Positions 15,396-23,781 of a stretch of DNA of 32,000 bases are shown here, in pieces. The stretch comes from Bifidobacterium longum subsp. longum JCM 1217 (GTDB taxonomy: Bacteria > Actinomycetota > Actinomycetes > Actinomycetales > Bifidobacteriaceae). The translations under genes and the position numbers were made by a program. Under the pieces are notes generated by a model, which had not been told where the DNA came from, did not search any database, and saw only the letters and a list, made by a program, of their open reading frames with translations. The stretch is taken from positions 1,140,001 through 1,172,000 of the forward strand of contig NC_015067.1 in the NCBI RefSeq assembly GCF_000196555.1. Reading direction: 5' to 3'. The stretch's first letter is position 1. Each line of letters begins with the position of its first letter.

Positions 15396-17765
15396 ATGTG
15401 GTTCGAACTGGTTCCCGCGCCGCGCGCGGATGAGACGGATGACGATGTGAGGTTCCAGCGTGACGCGAAGGCCATGGCCGACGCGATCGGCTTGTCGTCG
15501 CGTCCCGGATGGCTGGACTGGTGGAGGCATGACGACGGGTGCCGGCTCGTGGCGGCCGGCGAACGCCGGTGGGTGGAGGTGTCCGACCGGTACGGGCAGA
15601 AGGCGGGCGAACTGGTCGCCCGTGCGGCGCACGCGTCGATTCGCGCGTGCGGGCGGCCGGACGTGCTGGACCGTCCCCGCGTGTGGGCGCACGCGTTCGT
15701 CCCGATCAGCGCGTCCCTGGCGCGTACGGCGCGCGACGGGGAGCCGAGCATGGAGCGTCCCCGCCTGGATGCGGGCGAGGACACGGTGATCGTGGTGAAC
15801 GTGCGCCGGCTCGGCTGGGTCGAGTCGGGCCGCCTGTCGGATTGGCTGGGCGACGAGTACAACATGCAGGCGGACACGTCGAAGCTCAGGGGCGAGGGGT
15901 TGGGCGCGTGCCGTGTGATGGCGGGCGGCGCGGATCCGCGCACGGCGATGGATCAGGCGAAGCGGGCGGCGAACGCGTTGAACCTGGGCCTGGTGCCGGG
16001 CCTGTCCGCGCATGTGAGCCGTCCCGGCCTGGGGTTCCTCCTGTGCATGCTCCTCCTGACGGCCGTGTCCGTGCCTGCCGTCCTGCTCCTGCCCGCCGCG
16101 CCCGCCTGGCTCATGACCGTCCCCGCGTTCATGCTCGCCGGGACGGCGGGGGCGGTCGTGCGTTGGCGTCTGCGCCATGATCCCGTGAACGATCTGGCTC
16201 AGAGGCCCCGCCATTACTGGTGGCGTGCGCGCAGACGGTGGGCGCGCGCCGCGGATTTGAAGACCCGGATGGCGGGCGACGATCAGAACGCGGACGGGCC
16301 GGGCCGGAAGCGGCGCGTCCACGCGTACGCGTTCCAACGGTCCACGCTGCCGTTGCCGTGCGGCGCGCTGGCCGCCCTGGCGGTCCCGTCGGGACGGCGC
16401 AACGCGTCGGTGAGCGCGCTGACGGTCATGCCCGACCAGTTGGACGGGTGCGACGGGCCCATACTGGGCGTGGACGCGGAACGGCGCACGGTGCGCATGA
16501 GCGTGGACGCGTTGTACGGCGGCGTGTTCCTCATGGGCGAGCCTGGCGGCGGGAAAAGCAACATGATGCATGGGGTGGCCGGGTGGATGGGCGGCCGGCA
16601 TCGGACGGGCGACGTGCTCGTCGACTTCGAATCGAAGGGCGTGGACGCGCAGCCCGTGCTGAAGCGTCTCATCCCGGGCCTGCTCGTCGTGGACGTGAAC
16701 GATCCGGGCACGCCGATGATCGACCTGCTGGGCGCCGGGTCGAACGTGGAGCGTGCGGGCCGGTTCGCGGATCTCATGCAGGCCGCGTTGGGCGTCCAGC
16801 AGATCGGCCCCCAGTCGCGCATCCAGTTGCGTGACGCGACGTTCGTCGCCCTGGAGGGTCTGGCGGCGGCGGATCTGGGGGCGCGGTGCAACGCGTGCTC
16901 CGTTCCCGTGCCGGATGGCTGGGTCGAATATGCGGCGCGCCTTTTGGGACGTAACGGGGTGATGGATGCGCGCATGCTGGGCCGTGCGAGCGTGTTCGCG
17001 TGCGACACGCGTGGGGTGCGGGACGCGGTGGAGCGATTGCATGGCGGCGTGTCGGACAAGGGGACGCCGAAGATCCGCGACGGGGAGCTTGCCGGCCTGC
17101 TGCGCGCGCCCATGAACAAGATGGACGTGCTCGCGTCCGCGGGCCGCGTGTTCGCGCCGTCCCGGCGCGTCCTGTCCTGGGCGTCCGTGATCCGCCGGTC
17201 CGCGCATGCGGGCGACGTGCGCATCATGGTCAACCTGGGCGCCGCGATCCGGACGGGCGCGGACGGCCGGCATGCGGATCTGCCCGACGGGGCGCGCCGT
17301 CTGATCGGCGCGCTCCTGTTCCGCGGCCTGAAGGACGAGATCGTCGCCTCCTGCGCGGGCTGGCAGGCGCGGGGGCGTGCGGCGCGCATCCTGGTCGACG
17401 AGCTGACGGACGTGCTGGGCGCGGACGGCGACACGGGTGGCGGCAACGCGGACATCCTCGCCTGGCTGCGTGAGAAGGGGCGCGCGTACGGCGTGCAGCT
17501 GGTGGCGGGCACGCAGAACGCGGTCCAGTTGGAGGGCGGGCTGCTCGCCTCGGTGACCGGCCTGATGACGGTCGGCACGTTCGTGTTGCGCGCGGATCTG
17601 ACGGCGGGCCCGTCCGCCGTGGCGGTCGGGTCGGATCCGGCGACGGTGCGCGGCCTGCCGTTGCACACGGTGCTGGTGCGCACGGTCGGCCCTCCCCCGG
17701 ACATGGCGGGCCTGCCTCCCATGATCCTGTCCGTCCCCCATTTCGACGCGGGCGCGCCCGTGTGA
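15396..17765 (+). CDS. TraD/TraG/VirD4-like type IV coupling protein ATPase
   Basis: Two hydrophobic segments (LGFLLCMLLLTAVSVPAVLLL and LMTVPAFMLAGTAGAVV). Walker A FLMGEPGGGKSN, Walker B ARILVDELTD, then REKGRAYGVQLVAGTQNAVQL, which fits the R..G....Q..QL pattern of T4CPs. Confidence 0.75.
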   Translation: MWFELVPAPRADETDDDVRFQRDAKAMADAIGLSSRPGWLDWWRHDDGCRLVAAGERRWVEVSDRYGQKAGELVARAAHASIRACGRPDVLDRPRVWAHAFVPISASLARTARDGEPSMERPRLDAGEDTVIVVNVRRLGWVESGRLSDWLGDEYNMQADTSKLRGEGLGACRVMAGGADPRTAMDQAKRAANALNLGLVPGLSAHVSRPGLGFLLCMLLLTAVSVPAVLLLPAAPAWLMTVPAFMLAGTAGAVVRWRLRHDPVNDLAQRPRHYWWRARRRWARAADLKTRMAGDDQNADGPGRKRRVHAYAFQRSTLPLPCGALAALAVPSGRRNASVSALTVMPDQLDGCDGPILGVDAERRTVRMSVDALYGGVFLMGEPGGGKSNMMHGVAGWMGGRHRTGDVLVDFESKGVDAQPVLKRLIPGLLVVDVNDPGTPMIDLLGAGSNVERAGRFADLMQAALGVQQIGPQSRIQLRDATFVALEGLAAADLGARCNACSVPVPDGWVEYAARLLGRNGVMDARMLGRASVFACDTRGVRDAVERLHGGVSDKGTPKIRDGELAGLLRAPMNKMDVLASAGRVFAPSRRVLSWASVIRRSAHAGDVRIMVNLGAAIRTGADGRHADLPDGARRLIGALLFRGLKDEIVASCAGWQARGRAARILVDELTDVLGADGDTGGGNADILAWLREKGRAYGVQLVAGTQNAVQLEGGLLASVTGLMTVGTFVLRADLTAGPSAVAVGSDPATVRGLPLHTVLVRTVGPPPDMAGLPPMILSVPHFDAGAPV

Positions 17766-17807
17766 CGCATACCCGGGTCGCAAACCGTTGTTTTGTGTGG
17801 AAAGGAC

Positions 17808-18884
17808 ATGATGGTGAGGGTATTGGTCGATGCGAGGGAGTTCGCGAACATGGTCGCGCATGCGGCGCGCGTGCTGGAGCGCGACAACCCGTATGTCGCG
17901 TTGGATGCCGCGGATGACGGCCTGGCGATCGGCGCGGCGGGCGACAGCCAGTGGTCGCATGGCCGTGTGGACGCGACCGTCCTGGAGGCGGGTTCCGCGG
18001 TCGTGTCGGGCCTGTGGCTGAACGCGTTGGCGAACGCGATGCCGTCGGGCGAGATCGGCGTGGAGGCGGATGGCGTGTATCTGACGTTGCGTGGCGGCGA
18101 GGCGTCGCTGCGCATGCGTGTGGGCGATGAGGGGGATCGTCCGGCCGAACCGGCCGCCCCGGAGCGGATGGTGCCCGTGGATGCCGACGCGTACGCCGCG
18201 TTGTGCGGCAGCGTCGCCCCGGAGGCGGGCGGCACGAGGGACCAGCCGGTCCTCGCGTCCGTCAGGTTCGTCGCGGCCGGCGGCCTGCTGACGGCGACGG
18301 CCACGAACCGGTACATGGCCGGCCGCAGGTCCATCCCGGTCGGCGGCGTGCCGGACGGCGAATGGCTGGCGGACGCGGATTGGGTGAAACGCAATGCGAA
18401 GGGGGTGAACGCGATCGGGTTCACGGACCGGATGATGGTTGTGGATACGGGTGGGTTCACGGACGCGATCATGCTGACCGCCGGACAGTATCCGATGGTG
18501 GACCGCCTGTTCGACAGGCCGGGGGATCCGGCGGGCGTGGCGGTCGTGGACAGGCGCGCCCTGATGGATGCGGCGCGCATGCTGAAAAGCGTCTGCTTCG
18601 ACTCGCGCATGGGCATCATCCCGCTGATCCTGGACGAGCGGGACGGGATGCTTCGCGTCCGGTATGCGGGCGACGGGCAGGATGCGGATTCGCAGGGCGT
18701 GCGTCTCCTGGAGGCGGACATCACCGGGGATGTGGACGTGAAACTGAACGCGGATTACCTGCTGACCGTGCTTGCGGGCATGGATGCGGACAGGGTGTCG
18801 GTGGTGAAGACCCGTGAAATGAAGCCCGTCCTGTTCGAACAGGACGATTCCGCGGTGGAGCATTTGGTGATGCCCGTCCGTTAG
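17808..18884 (+). CDS. dnaN: DNA polymerase III beta-subunit (sliding clamp) homologue
   Basis: About 360 aa. The C-terminal signature is LNADYLLTVLAGMDADRVSVVKTREMKPVLFEQDD...HLVMPVR, and there is a TNRYM string. The exact start is ambiguous (ATG 17808 or 17811, or GTG 17814) after ggaaagga at 17799-17806. Confidence 0.75.
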   Translation: MMVRVLVDAREFANMVAHAARVLERDNPYVALDAADDGLAIGAAGDSQWSHGRVDATVLEAGSAVVSGLWLNALANAMPSGEIGVEADGVYLTLRGGEASLRMRVGDEGDRPAEPAAPERMVPVDADAYAALCGSVAPEAGGTRDQPVLASVRFVAAGGLLTATATNRYMAGRRSIPVGGVPDGEWLADADWVKRNAKGVNAIGFTDRMMVVDTGGFTDAIMLTAGQYPMVDRLFDRPGDPAGVAVVDRRALMDAARMLKSVCFDSRMGIIPLILDERDGMLRVRYAGDGQDADSQGVRLLEADITGDVDVKLNADYLLTVLAGMDADRVSVVKTREMKPVLFEQDDSAVEHLVMPVR

Positions 18885-18907
18885 GATTGTCCCCGACATG
18901 CGGGGGA

Positions 18908-18941
18908 AACGGTGTCGCGTCCGGACGGACGCGACACCGTT
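18908..18941 (+). terminator. Perfect 15-bp GC-rich hairpin downstream of the clamp gene
   Basis: aacggtgtcgcgtcc, loop ggac, then ggacgcgacaccgtt. A T-rich stretch (tttgtttt) follows about 10 nt later, so this is not a textbook terminator. Confidence 0.6.
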
Positions 18942-18967
18942 GTAGATGACTTTGTTTTAGCTTGTCG

Positions 18968-20269
18968 CTAGAGCGAAGTCATCTGCATGGCCTCGTTGCC
19001 GAGACCAGCTCCAAGCCTCACGCGGCTCTCGCCGCCGCTTGGTTCGCGTTTCACAGGGGTCGGCATTGTCCGACTGCTGCCGGTCTGTCTTACGTCCCCT
19101 CCACGCGCGTTTAACGTCTCCGGGGCACTCCCGGCGACTTGGATGTTGATGGCCGCGTTCAGATCGCGGTCGATGACAAGCCCGCACTCCTCGCAATGGT
19201 AGACGCGCTCGGACAGGGACAGTTTGGCTTTCACCGTCCCGCAGCTCGAGCATGTCTTGCTGCTTGGATACCAGCGGTCGATGACGTGGAGCCTCGCGCC
19301 GGCGCGTGCGGTCTTGTAGGTCAGTAGACGTCGGAACTCCGCGAACGCGGCGTCCTGAATCGATTGGGCGAGCCCGTGGTTCTTGACCATGCCCGCCACG
19401 TTCAAGTCCTCGATGCCGATGTCCGCGTAGGCATGGGCGAGCATGGTGGTGGTCTTGTCCAGTAGGTCGCGGCGTAGGTCCGCCACGCGGGCGTGCAGAC
19501 GCGCGACTCTCGTTCTCGCCTTGCGGCGGCGGTTGGAGCCTTTCCGTTTGCGGCTCAGATTCTTCTGTTCCCGCCTCAATCGTCTGAGGTTCGAGTCCAA
19601 CGCGCGTGGATTGCGGATGATGGTGCCGTCTGACAGTGTGGCGAGCTGTTTCACACCCAAATCGATGCCGACACTACCACCTTTCAGCGGCGTGGGCATC
19701 GGACCATCCTTGCGCTCGACGGTCAAACTCGCCATCCAGCGTCCCGCATGCCGGGATACGCTCATGCGCAGTATCTTCGCGCCATCCACCCGCTTGGATA
19801 CGTTCTCCATGCAATGCACGCGGCCTATCTTCGGGAGCCGCAGCGCATAAGGGTCATAGTCAATGAGACCAAACGAACCCGTCGTGTACGCGAAGCGGGG
19901 TGTCGCCCTGTCCTTGGACTTGAATCGGGGGAAGCCGACCCTGCGCCCCTTCCTCAATCCCTTGCGAGACTTCGACCAGTTCGACAGCGCGTCCGCCAAA
20001 GACTTAAGACCAGCGTTGTACGCCTCCTTACTGTTCTTCCGCCACCACGTTTCGCCCGTCACGGCGTTGACGGCGAGCGTGCCCTTGGCCTGATTCCACC
20101 ACCCGCGCAGCGCGTAGTATGACCATTCCGGCTTCTCCTGCCGTTCAAGCATGTCCTTGACGTGCGCCAGTCCCGCGTTGTACGCGAATCGCGCCGCACC
20201 AGCATGGGACTCCAAGAGTCGTTCCTGCCGTGGCGTCGGGTCGAGCGCCACCTTGACCGCCTCAAGCAT
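18968..20269 (-). CDS. tnpB: TnpB (OrfB) RuvC-type RNA-guided endonuclease
   Basis: OrfB_IS605-type N-terminus (VALDPTPRQERLLESHAGAARFAYNAG). RuvC motifs are GIDLGV, IGIEDLNV and DRDLNAAINI. Zinc finger is CSSCG...CEECG. All catalytic positions appear intact. Confidence 0.9.
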   Translation of the reverse strand: MLEAVKVALDPTPRQERLLESHAGAARFAYNAGLAHVKDMLERQEKPEWSYYALRGWWNQAKGTLAVNAVTGETWWRKNSKEAYNAGLKSLADALSNWSKSRKGLRKGRRVGFPRFKSKDRATPRFAYTTGSFGLIDYDPYALRLPKIGRVHCMENVSKRVDGAKILRMSVSRHAGRWMASLTVERKDGPMPTPLKGGSVGIDLGVKQLATLSDGTIIRNPRALDSNLRRLRREQKNLSRKRKGSNRRRKARTRVARLHARVADLRRDLLDKTTTMLAHAYADIGIEDLNVAGMVKNHGLAQSIQDAAFAEFRRLLTYKTARAGARLHVIDRWYPSSKTCSSCGTVKAKLSLSERVYHCEECGLVIDRDLNAAINIQVAGSAPETLNARGGDVRQTGSSRTMPTPVKREPSGGESRVRLGAGLGNEAMQMTSL

Positions 20270-20483
20270 CGCGTGCCGCCCTCAACGCCGCGTCCGTCTT
20301 GTGCTTGGCGGCACGCCTTCCGTACAGTCTCGCGCAGAACGAGGTCAGCACCTCGGTCATATCGCGCACCAAATCGTCATCCAGTCCCGTGTCATCCACC
20401 ACGATGATTCGGCGTCCCTGCGCCTTCAACGCGCTCTCCACCAAGCCCGCGTTCATACGGGCGAGCCTGTCGCGATGCTCCAC
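20262..20483 (-). pseudogene. tnpA: 5'-truncated IS607-type serine recombinase tnpA (only about the last 75 aa)
   Basis: (LIV)EHRDRLARMNAGLVESALKAQGRRIIVVDD...LTSFCARLYGRRAAKHK matches the C-terminal part of IS607 TnpA. The MerR-like HTH and catalytic Ser region are absent. It overlaps the tnpB start, as is typical for IS607. Confidence 0.7.
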
Positions 20484-20514
20484 GATCAGCCCTTTTTTTG
20501 TCCGGTCCTGGCCG

Positions 20515-21186
20515 TCAGGGGCGCGTGTCGTGCGCGGCGAGCATCCTGTCGGCGAGGCTGTCCCCGGCGTCGCCGAGGGCCTGCGCCCAGCGTCGCCCCA
20601 ACGGCTCCCCGTCGGCCGGCCCGGGCGTGTCCGGTCCCGGTTCCGTATCGTGATCCGTCTCGATGACGGGTCCGGGGTCGTCCGGTCCGGGCGTGATTCC
20701 GGGCGTGGGCTCCGGCGTCGGAGCCGCCGAAGGCCCGGCCGGGTCCGGCGACGCGGCCTCGGCCATGGCCTGCCGGTCGAACGTGCGGCCCGCGGCGAGC
20801 ACGATCATGTGCGTGGTCGCGAGCAGGGCGACCGGCGGCACGGTCATGATGACCGGCGGCACCCAGTCGGGCAGCAGCATCCCGTTGACCCGCACCGGAT
20901 GCGCGTGCAGCGCGTTGCCGGCCAGGCTGATCACGCTGAACAGGACGAGCATGAGCCACGGGTACAGGGTGCCCATGCGCCGCGTCTTGAACGCCCACGC
21001 CGCCCACGTGAACGCGAGCGTCGACCCGTCGATGATGATCGGGAACATCCACGCCAGCGACGCGTTGATCCCGCACGCGAGCCCGACGGCGCGCAACGCG
21101 TCGAAGCTGATGATGAACGCGAGCAGGGCGAGCACGACCGCGACCGTCACGCCCGGCCACATGCGCGCCTCGCGCCCCCCGTTCAC
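20515..21186 (-). CDS. DUF2637-like polytopic membrane protein with a Pro-rich acidic C-terminal tail
   Basis: VVLALLAFIISFDALRAVGLACGINASLAWMFPIIIDGSTLAF is the characteristic DUF2637 core, followed by further TM segments. The GTG start overlaps the upstream TGA (GTGA at 21183-21186). Confidence 0.7.
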   Translation of the reverse strand: MNGGREARMWPGVTVAVVLALLAFIISFDALRAVGLACGINASLAWMFPIIIDGSTLAFTWAAWAFKTRRMGTLYPWLMLVLFSVISLAGNALHAHPVRVNGMLLPDWVPPVIMTVPPVALLATTHMIVLAAGRTFDRQAMAEAASPDPAGPSAAPTPEPTPGITPGPDDPGPVIETDHDTEPGPDTPGPADGEPLGRRWAQALGDAGDSLADRMLAAHDTRP

Positions 21187-21458
21187 ATGGCCTCCGTGAG
21201 TTCCGCCGCCACCCGGTTCAGCAGTCTCGCATGTTTGAGGTCATGGGCCTTCACGCACGTGTCGTACAGGCCGAGCGCCAGGGTGGCCGCATGCGACGGG
21301 TCCGCCGCCCGGGCGACGCGGGCCGGCTCCACGCCCGCCTCTTTGAACAGGTTCAGGGCATGACGCGCCCTCGCCCGGCGTCGATCGTACTCGTTGTCCT
21401 CAAGCCAGGCCTCAATGACGCCGGCCAGGCGGCGCATGTCCTCGATCGTCTCGTCCAT
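21183..21458 (-). CDS. Small hypothetical protein (91 aa)
   Basis: SD gaaagggga lies before ATG 21458, with motif copy gggggacgcaTACAAG upstream. The remainder of the track ORF (to 22157) is antisense to the hydrolase gene. Confidence 0.55.
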   Translation of the reverse strand: MDETIEDMRRLAGVIEAWLEDNEYDRRRARARHALNLFKEAGVEPARVARAADPSHAATLALGLYDTCVKAHDLKHARLLNRVAAELTEAM

Positions 21459-21493
21459 GGGTGGTCCCCTTTCTCGATGGTCAACCGTCCGGC

Positions 21494-21526
21494 CTTGTAT
21501 GCGTCCCCCGGCCCCGCGCATAGCCC
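21494..21526. promoter_or_regulatory. Divergent pair of the recurrent motif
   Basis: The minus copy, gggggacgcaTACAAG (21494-21509), faces gene 21458. The plus copy reads gcgcaTAGCCC (21516-26) + 7 nt + ATG 21534. Confidence 0.5.
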
Positions 21527-21533
21527 GGCATGC

Positions 21534-22829
21534 ATGAAACGTCTCCTGCCCTTCCTGCTCGCCGCCGGCCCGCCGGCGCTCGTCCTGCTGCTCGCGCTCG
21601 CCATGGTGGTCGTGGGCGCGCCCGCGGGCATGACCGCCACCACCATGGCCACCATGGCGGACATGGCCGACTGTACGGACGACACGGACACGACGGCCGC
21701 GGCGGCGACGGGGACGACGGTCACGCCCAACGACGTGGCCGTGTCCCTCGCCAGGGCGTTCGCCAAGGCCGGGTATTCGAGGGCGAGCACGGCGGGCGTG
21801 CTCGGCGTCATCCAGTTCGAATCGGGCATGAACCCCGCGCAGGAGCAGATCGGCGAACCCGATCCCATGCTGCGCGGCTACGGGCTGAACCAGTGGACGC
21901 CGCGAAGCAAGATCCGCGACTGGATGGACGCGAACCACGTGTCGGGCGAGGATTCCGACGCGGACGTGCAGATCCGCATGCTCGTCGCCACCGCGCAGAC
22001 CGATTTCAACAACCATTTCCTCGCCGCCGTCAGGGCCGAGGGGCACGAGCCCACCGACAACGACCTGCACACGTGGTGGCTGAAGGCCGACAATCCCGAG
22101 GATGCGGCCGTCGCCTGGATGGCCGGCTACGGGCGCCCCTACTGGGCGGACCGGCATGAGAAGGAACGCGAGCAGTACGCGCGCTCCTACTACGATTCGA
22201 AGGAGCTCGCCGACATCGACTTCCCGGCCGAATCGAAGCCGGACGGGAAGAAGGACGCCGCCTTCCCGTCGGACACGTCGGACACGGACGCGTCATGCGA
22301 CGCGGATGCGGACGATTCGTCCGACGGGGACGCGAAATACGGGGATGTGGGCGGCGCTCCCACGAACACGCATGACTTCGGCTGGATGTGCGCCACGAAG
22401 CTGAAGATCTGCCATGCCGGGGACATGGGCGCCCCTCCCCTCGACTGGCAGGCCGTGGGCGACTACCAGTGCTACTGGTATTGGCTGGCCCGCTCCTGGC
22501 TGGTGCATGACGGGGACGTCATCAACCCGCACACGGCGAACGGCGGGCAACTGTCCGACTGGGCGGCGGGCACGAAGGGGTGGACGCGTTCCGACGAGCC
22601 CAGGCCGGGCGCGGGCGTCTGCTTCTGGGGCGGCGGCAACAACCACGTCGCGTTCGTGGAGAAGGTGGACAAGGATCCGTCCGGCTGGAAGATCATGATC
22701 AGCGAGGGCAACTTCAACGACGGGGGCGCGGGCCTGTGGACCAGCTACAACGCGCGCTGGCTGACGAAAGGCGAATACGCGGCCGCCTCCGGCAACGGGT
22801 TCTTCTGGAAGGACAGCTGGAAGCTCTAG
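21534..22829 (+). CDS. Secreted two-domain peptidoglycan hydrolase: phage-tail-lysozyme-like N-domain plus CHAP C-domain (conjugation-associated)
   Basis: Signal/TM segment MKRLLPFLLAAGPPALVLLLALAMVVV. Lysozyme-like strings: GVLGVIQFESGMNP...GYGLNQWTPRS. CHAP-like strings: DYQCYWYWLARSW...NNHVAFVEKV...ISEGNFN. Confidence 0.8.
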   Translation: MKRLLPFLLAAGPPALVLLLALAMVVVGAPAGMTATTMATMADMADCTDDTDTTAAAATGTTVTPNDVAVSLARAFAKAGYSRASTAGVLGVIQFESGMNPAQEQIGEPDPMLRGYGLNQWTPRSKIRDWMDANHVSGEDSDADVQIRMLVATAQTDFNNHFLAAVRAEGHEPTDNDLHTWWLKADNPEDAAVAWMAGYGRPYWADRHEKEREQYARSYYDSKELADIDFPAESKPDGKKDAAFPSDTSDTDASCDADADDSSDGDAKYGDVGGAPTNTHDFGWMCATKLKICHAGDMGAPPLDWQAVGDYQCYWYWLARSWLVHDGDVINPHTANGGQLSDWAAGTKGWTRSDEPRPGAGVCFWGGGNNHVAFVEKVDKDPSGWKIMISEGNFNDGGAGLWTSYNARWLTKGEYAAASGNGFFWKDSWKL

Positions 22830-23749
22830 CAGTAGCCCGGGTTCTGGCAGGACTGGCCGTCGCCGACCCGCACGGGGATGCTCCCCCACAGGCTCATGTC
22901 CACGTTTTCGTCGGCCATGAACCGGGTTTCGGGCGGGATGACGGTCAGCCCGTCGCCGGTCAGCGCCCCCCAGTCGGGTTCGCCCCTCACGGGGATGCCG
23001 ACCCTTCCCCGGCCGTTCATCCGGTCGCCGATGCCCGTGTCCCATACGCCGAGCCACGGGTCGATCCACCAGGGGTCGGCCTGCCGGTGGCGGATCCCCG
23101 TGATCCGCCCGTCCCGGACCGTGAGCCTGTCGTCCACCGGATAGTCGATCCAGGTGGGCGTGATCCCCCACCAGTCGTCCACGTGCAACGTGTTCGGGTT
23201 CTGGTTGCCGGCCAGGTACATGAAGCGGACGGTGCCGGTCACGCGTACGCCCGTCCCGTCCGCGGCCGCGTGGGGGCCGTCCGTCCACCGGCTCCCGTAC
23301 CCCCAGGCGATGCGGGCGAGCCATGCGGCCGCGTCGAGCCCGTCCGCGCACCAGGCGCGTTCGCCCGTGTCGCCGACCTGGTCGAGCCGCCGGTAGGCGC
23401 GGCATGCGGGGTTGGCGGCGTGCGGGCCCGCGTCCGCCTGGCGGGCGGGCAGGTTCTCGCCCGTGGCCGGATCGTCCGCGGGCGGCGTGCCGTGCAGTGA
23501 GGCGAGCACGCTTCCCGCGTCCTTTCGCGCGAGCGTGTCGGCGCGGATGGTGCTGTCGGCGCCCCATTCGCGCAGGCGTCTCTCGAACGTCGCGGCGTGT
23601 TCGACGGTCTTCGCGTCGGGCGCGGCCGTCACGGCCTGCGGTTTCGTCCCGGTCTTCCCCGTGTCGGTCTCCTGCCGCGCGCATCCGGCGGCCAGTATGA
23701 CGCCGGCGAGCGTGGCGACGGCTATGAGGGTGCGCGATCGTGGTCTCAT
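22826..23749 (-). CDS. Lipoprotein, function unknown
   Basis: MRPRSRTLIAVATLAGVILAAGC is a signal peptide plus lipobox. The start is leaderless-type (TAGCCT + 6 nt + ATG). Confidence 0.65.
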   Translation of the reverse strand: MRPRSRTLIAVATLAGVILAAGCARQETDTGKTGTKPQAVTAAPDAKTVEHAATFERRLREWGADSTIRADTLARKDAGSVLASLHGTPPADDPATGENLPARQADAGPHAANPACRAYRRLDQVGDTGERAWCADGLDAAAWLARIAWGYGSRWTDGPHAAADGTGVRVTGTVRFMYLAGNQNPNTLHVDDWWGITPTWIDYPVDDRLTVRDGRITGIRHRQADPWWIDPWLGVWDTGIGDRMNGRGRVGIPVRGEPDWGALTGDGLTVIPPETRFMADENVDMSLWGSIPVRVGDGQSCQNPGYC

Positions 23750-23755
23750 GCGCGC

Positions 23756-23775
23756 AGGCTATGCGCGCATAGGCG
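23756..23775. promoter_or_regulatory. Overlapping divergent motif copies that form the perfect palindrome CTATGCGCGCATAG
   Basis: Start codons 23749 (-) and 23782 (+) are only 32 nt apart. Each has TAG(C/G)C(T/G) exactly 6 nt upstream. The palindrome spans 23759-23772. Confidence 0.55.
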
Positions 23776-23781
23776 TCGCAC

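Larger units (their letters stand above)
18942..20510 (-). mobile_element. IS607-family (IS200/IS605 superfamily) remnant: truncated tnpA plus intact tnpB. Boundaries are approximate.
   Basis: Gene content is given in the next two features. GC content is visibly lower than in the flanks. The left boundary is placed just after the clamp-gene terminator. The right boundary is near the T7 run at 20493-20499, just before the stop of the DUF2637-like gene. Confidence 0.65.

Noticed and set aside
15348-18899. Upstream 1184 codons of the 1500-aa minus-strand ORF 14397-18899
   Set aside because: It is antisense to the T4CP-like and DnaN-like genes, which have clear Walker and clamp motifs. Its translation is Arg/His/Pro-rich nonsense. 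Only the 3' 951 nt, which start after an SD at 15351-15358, read like protein.
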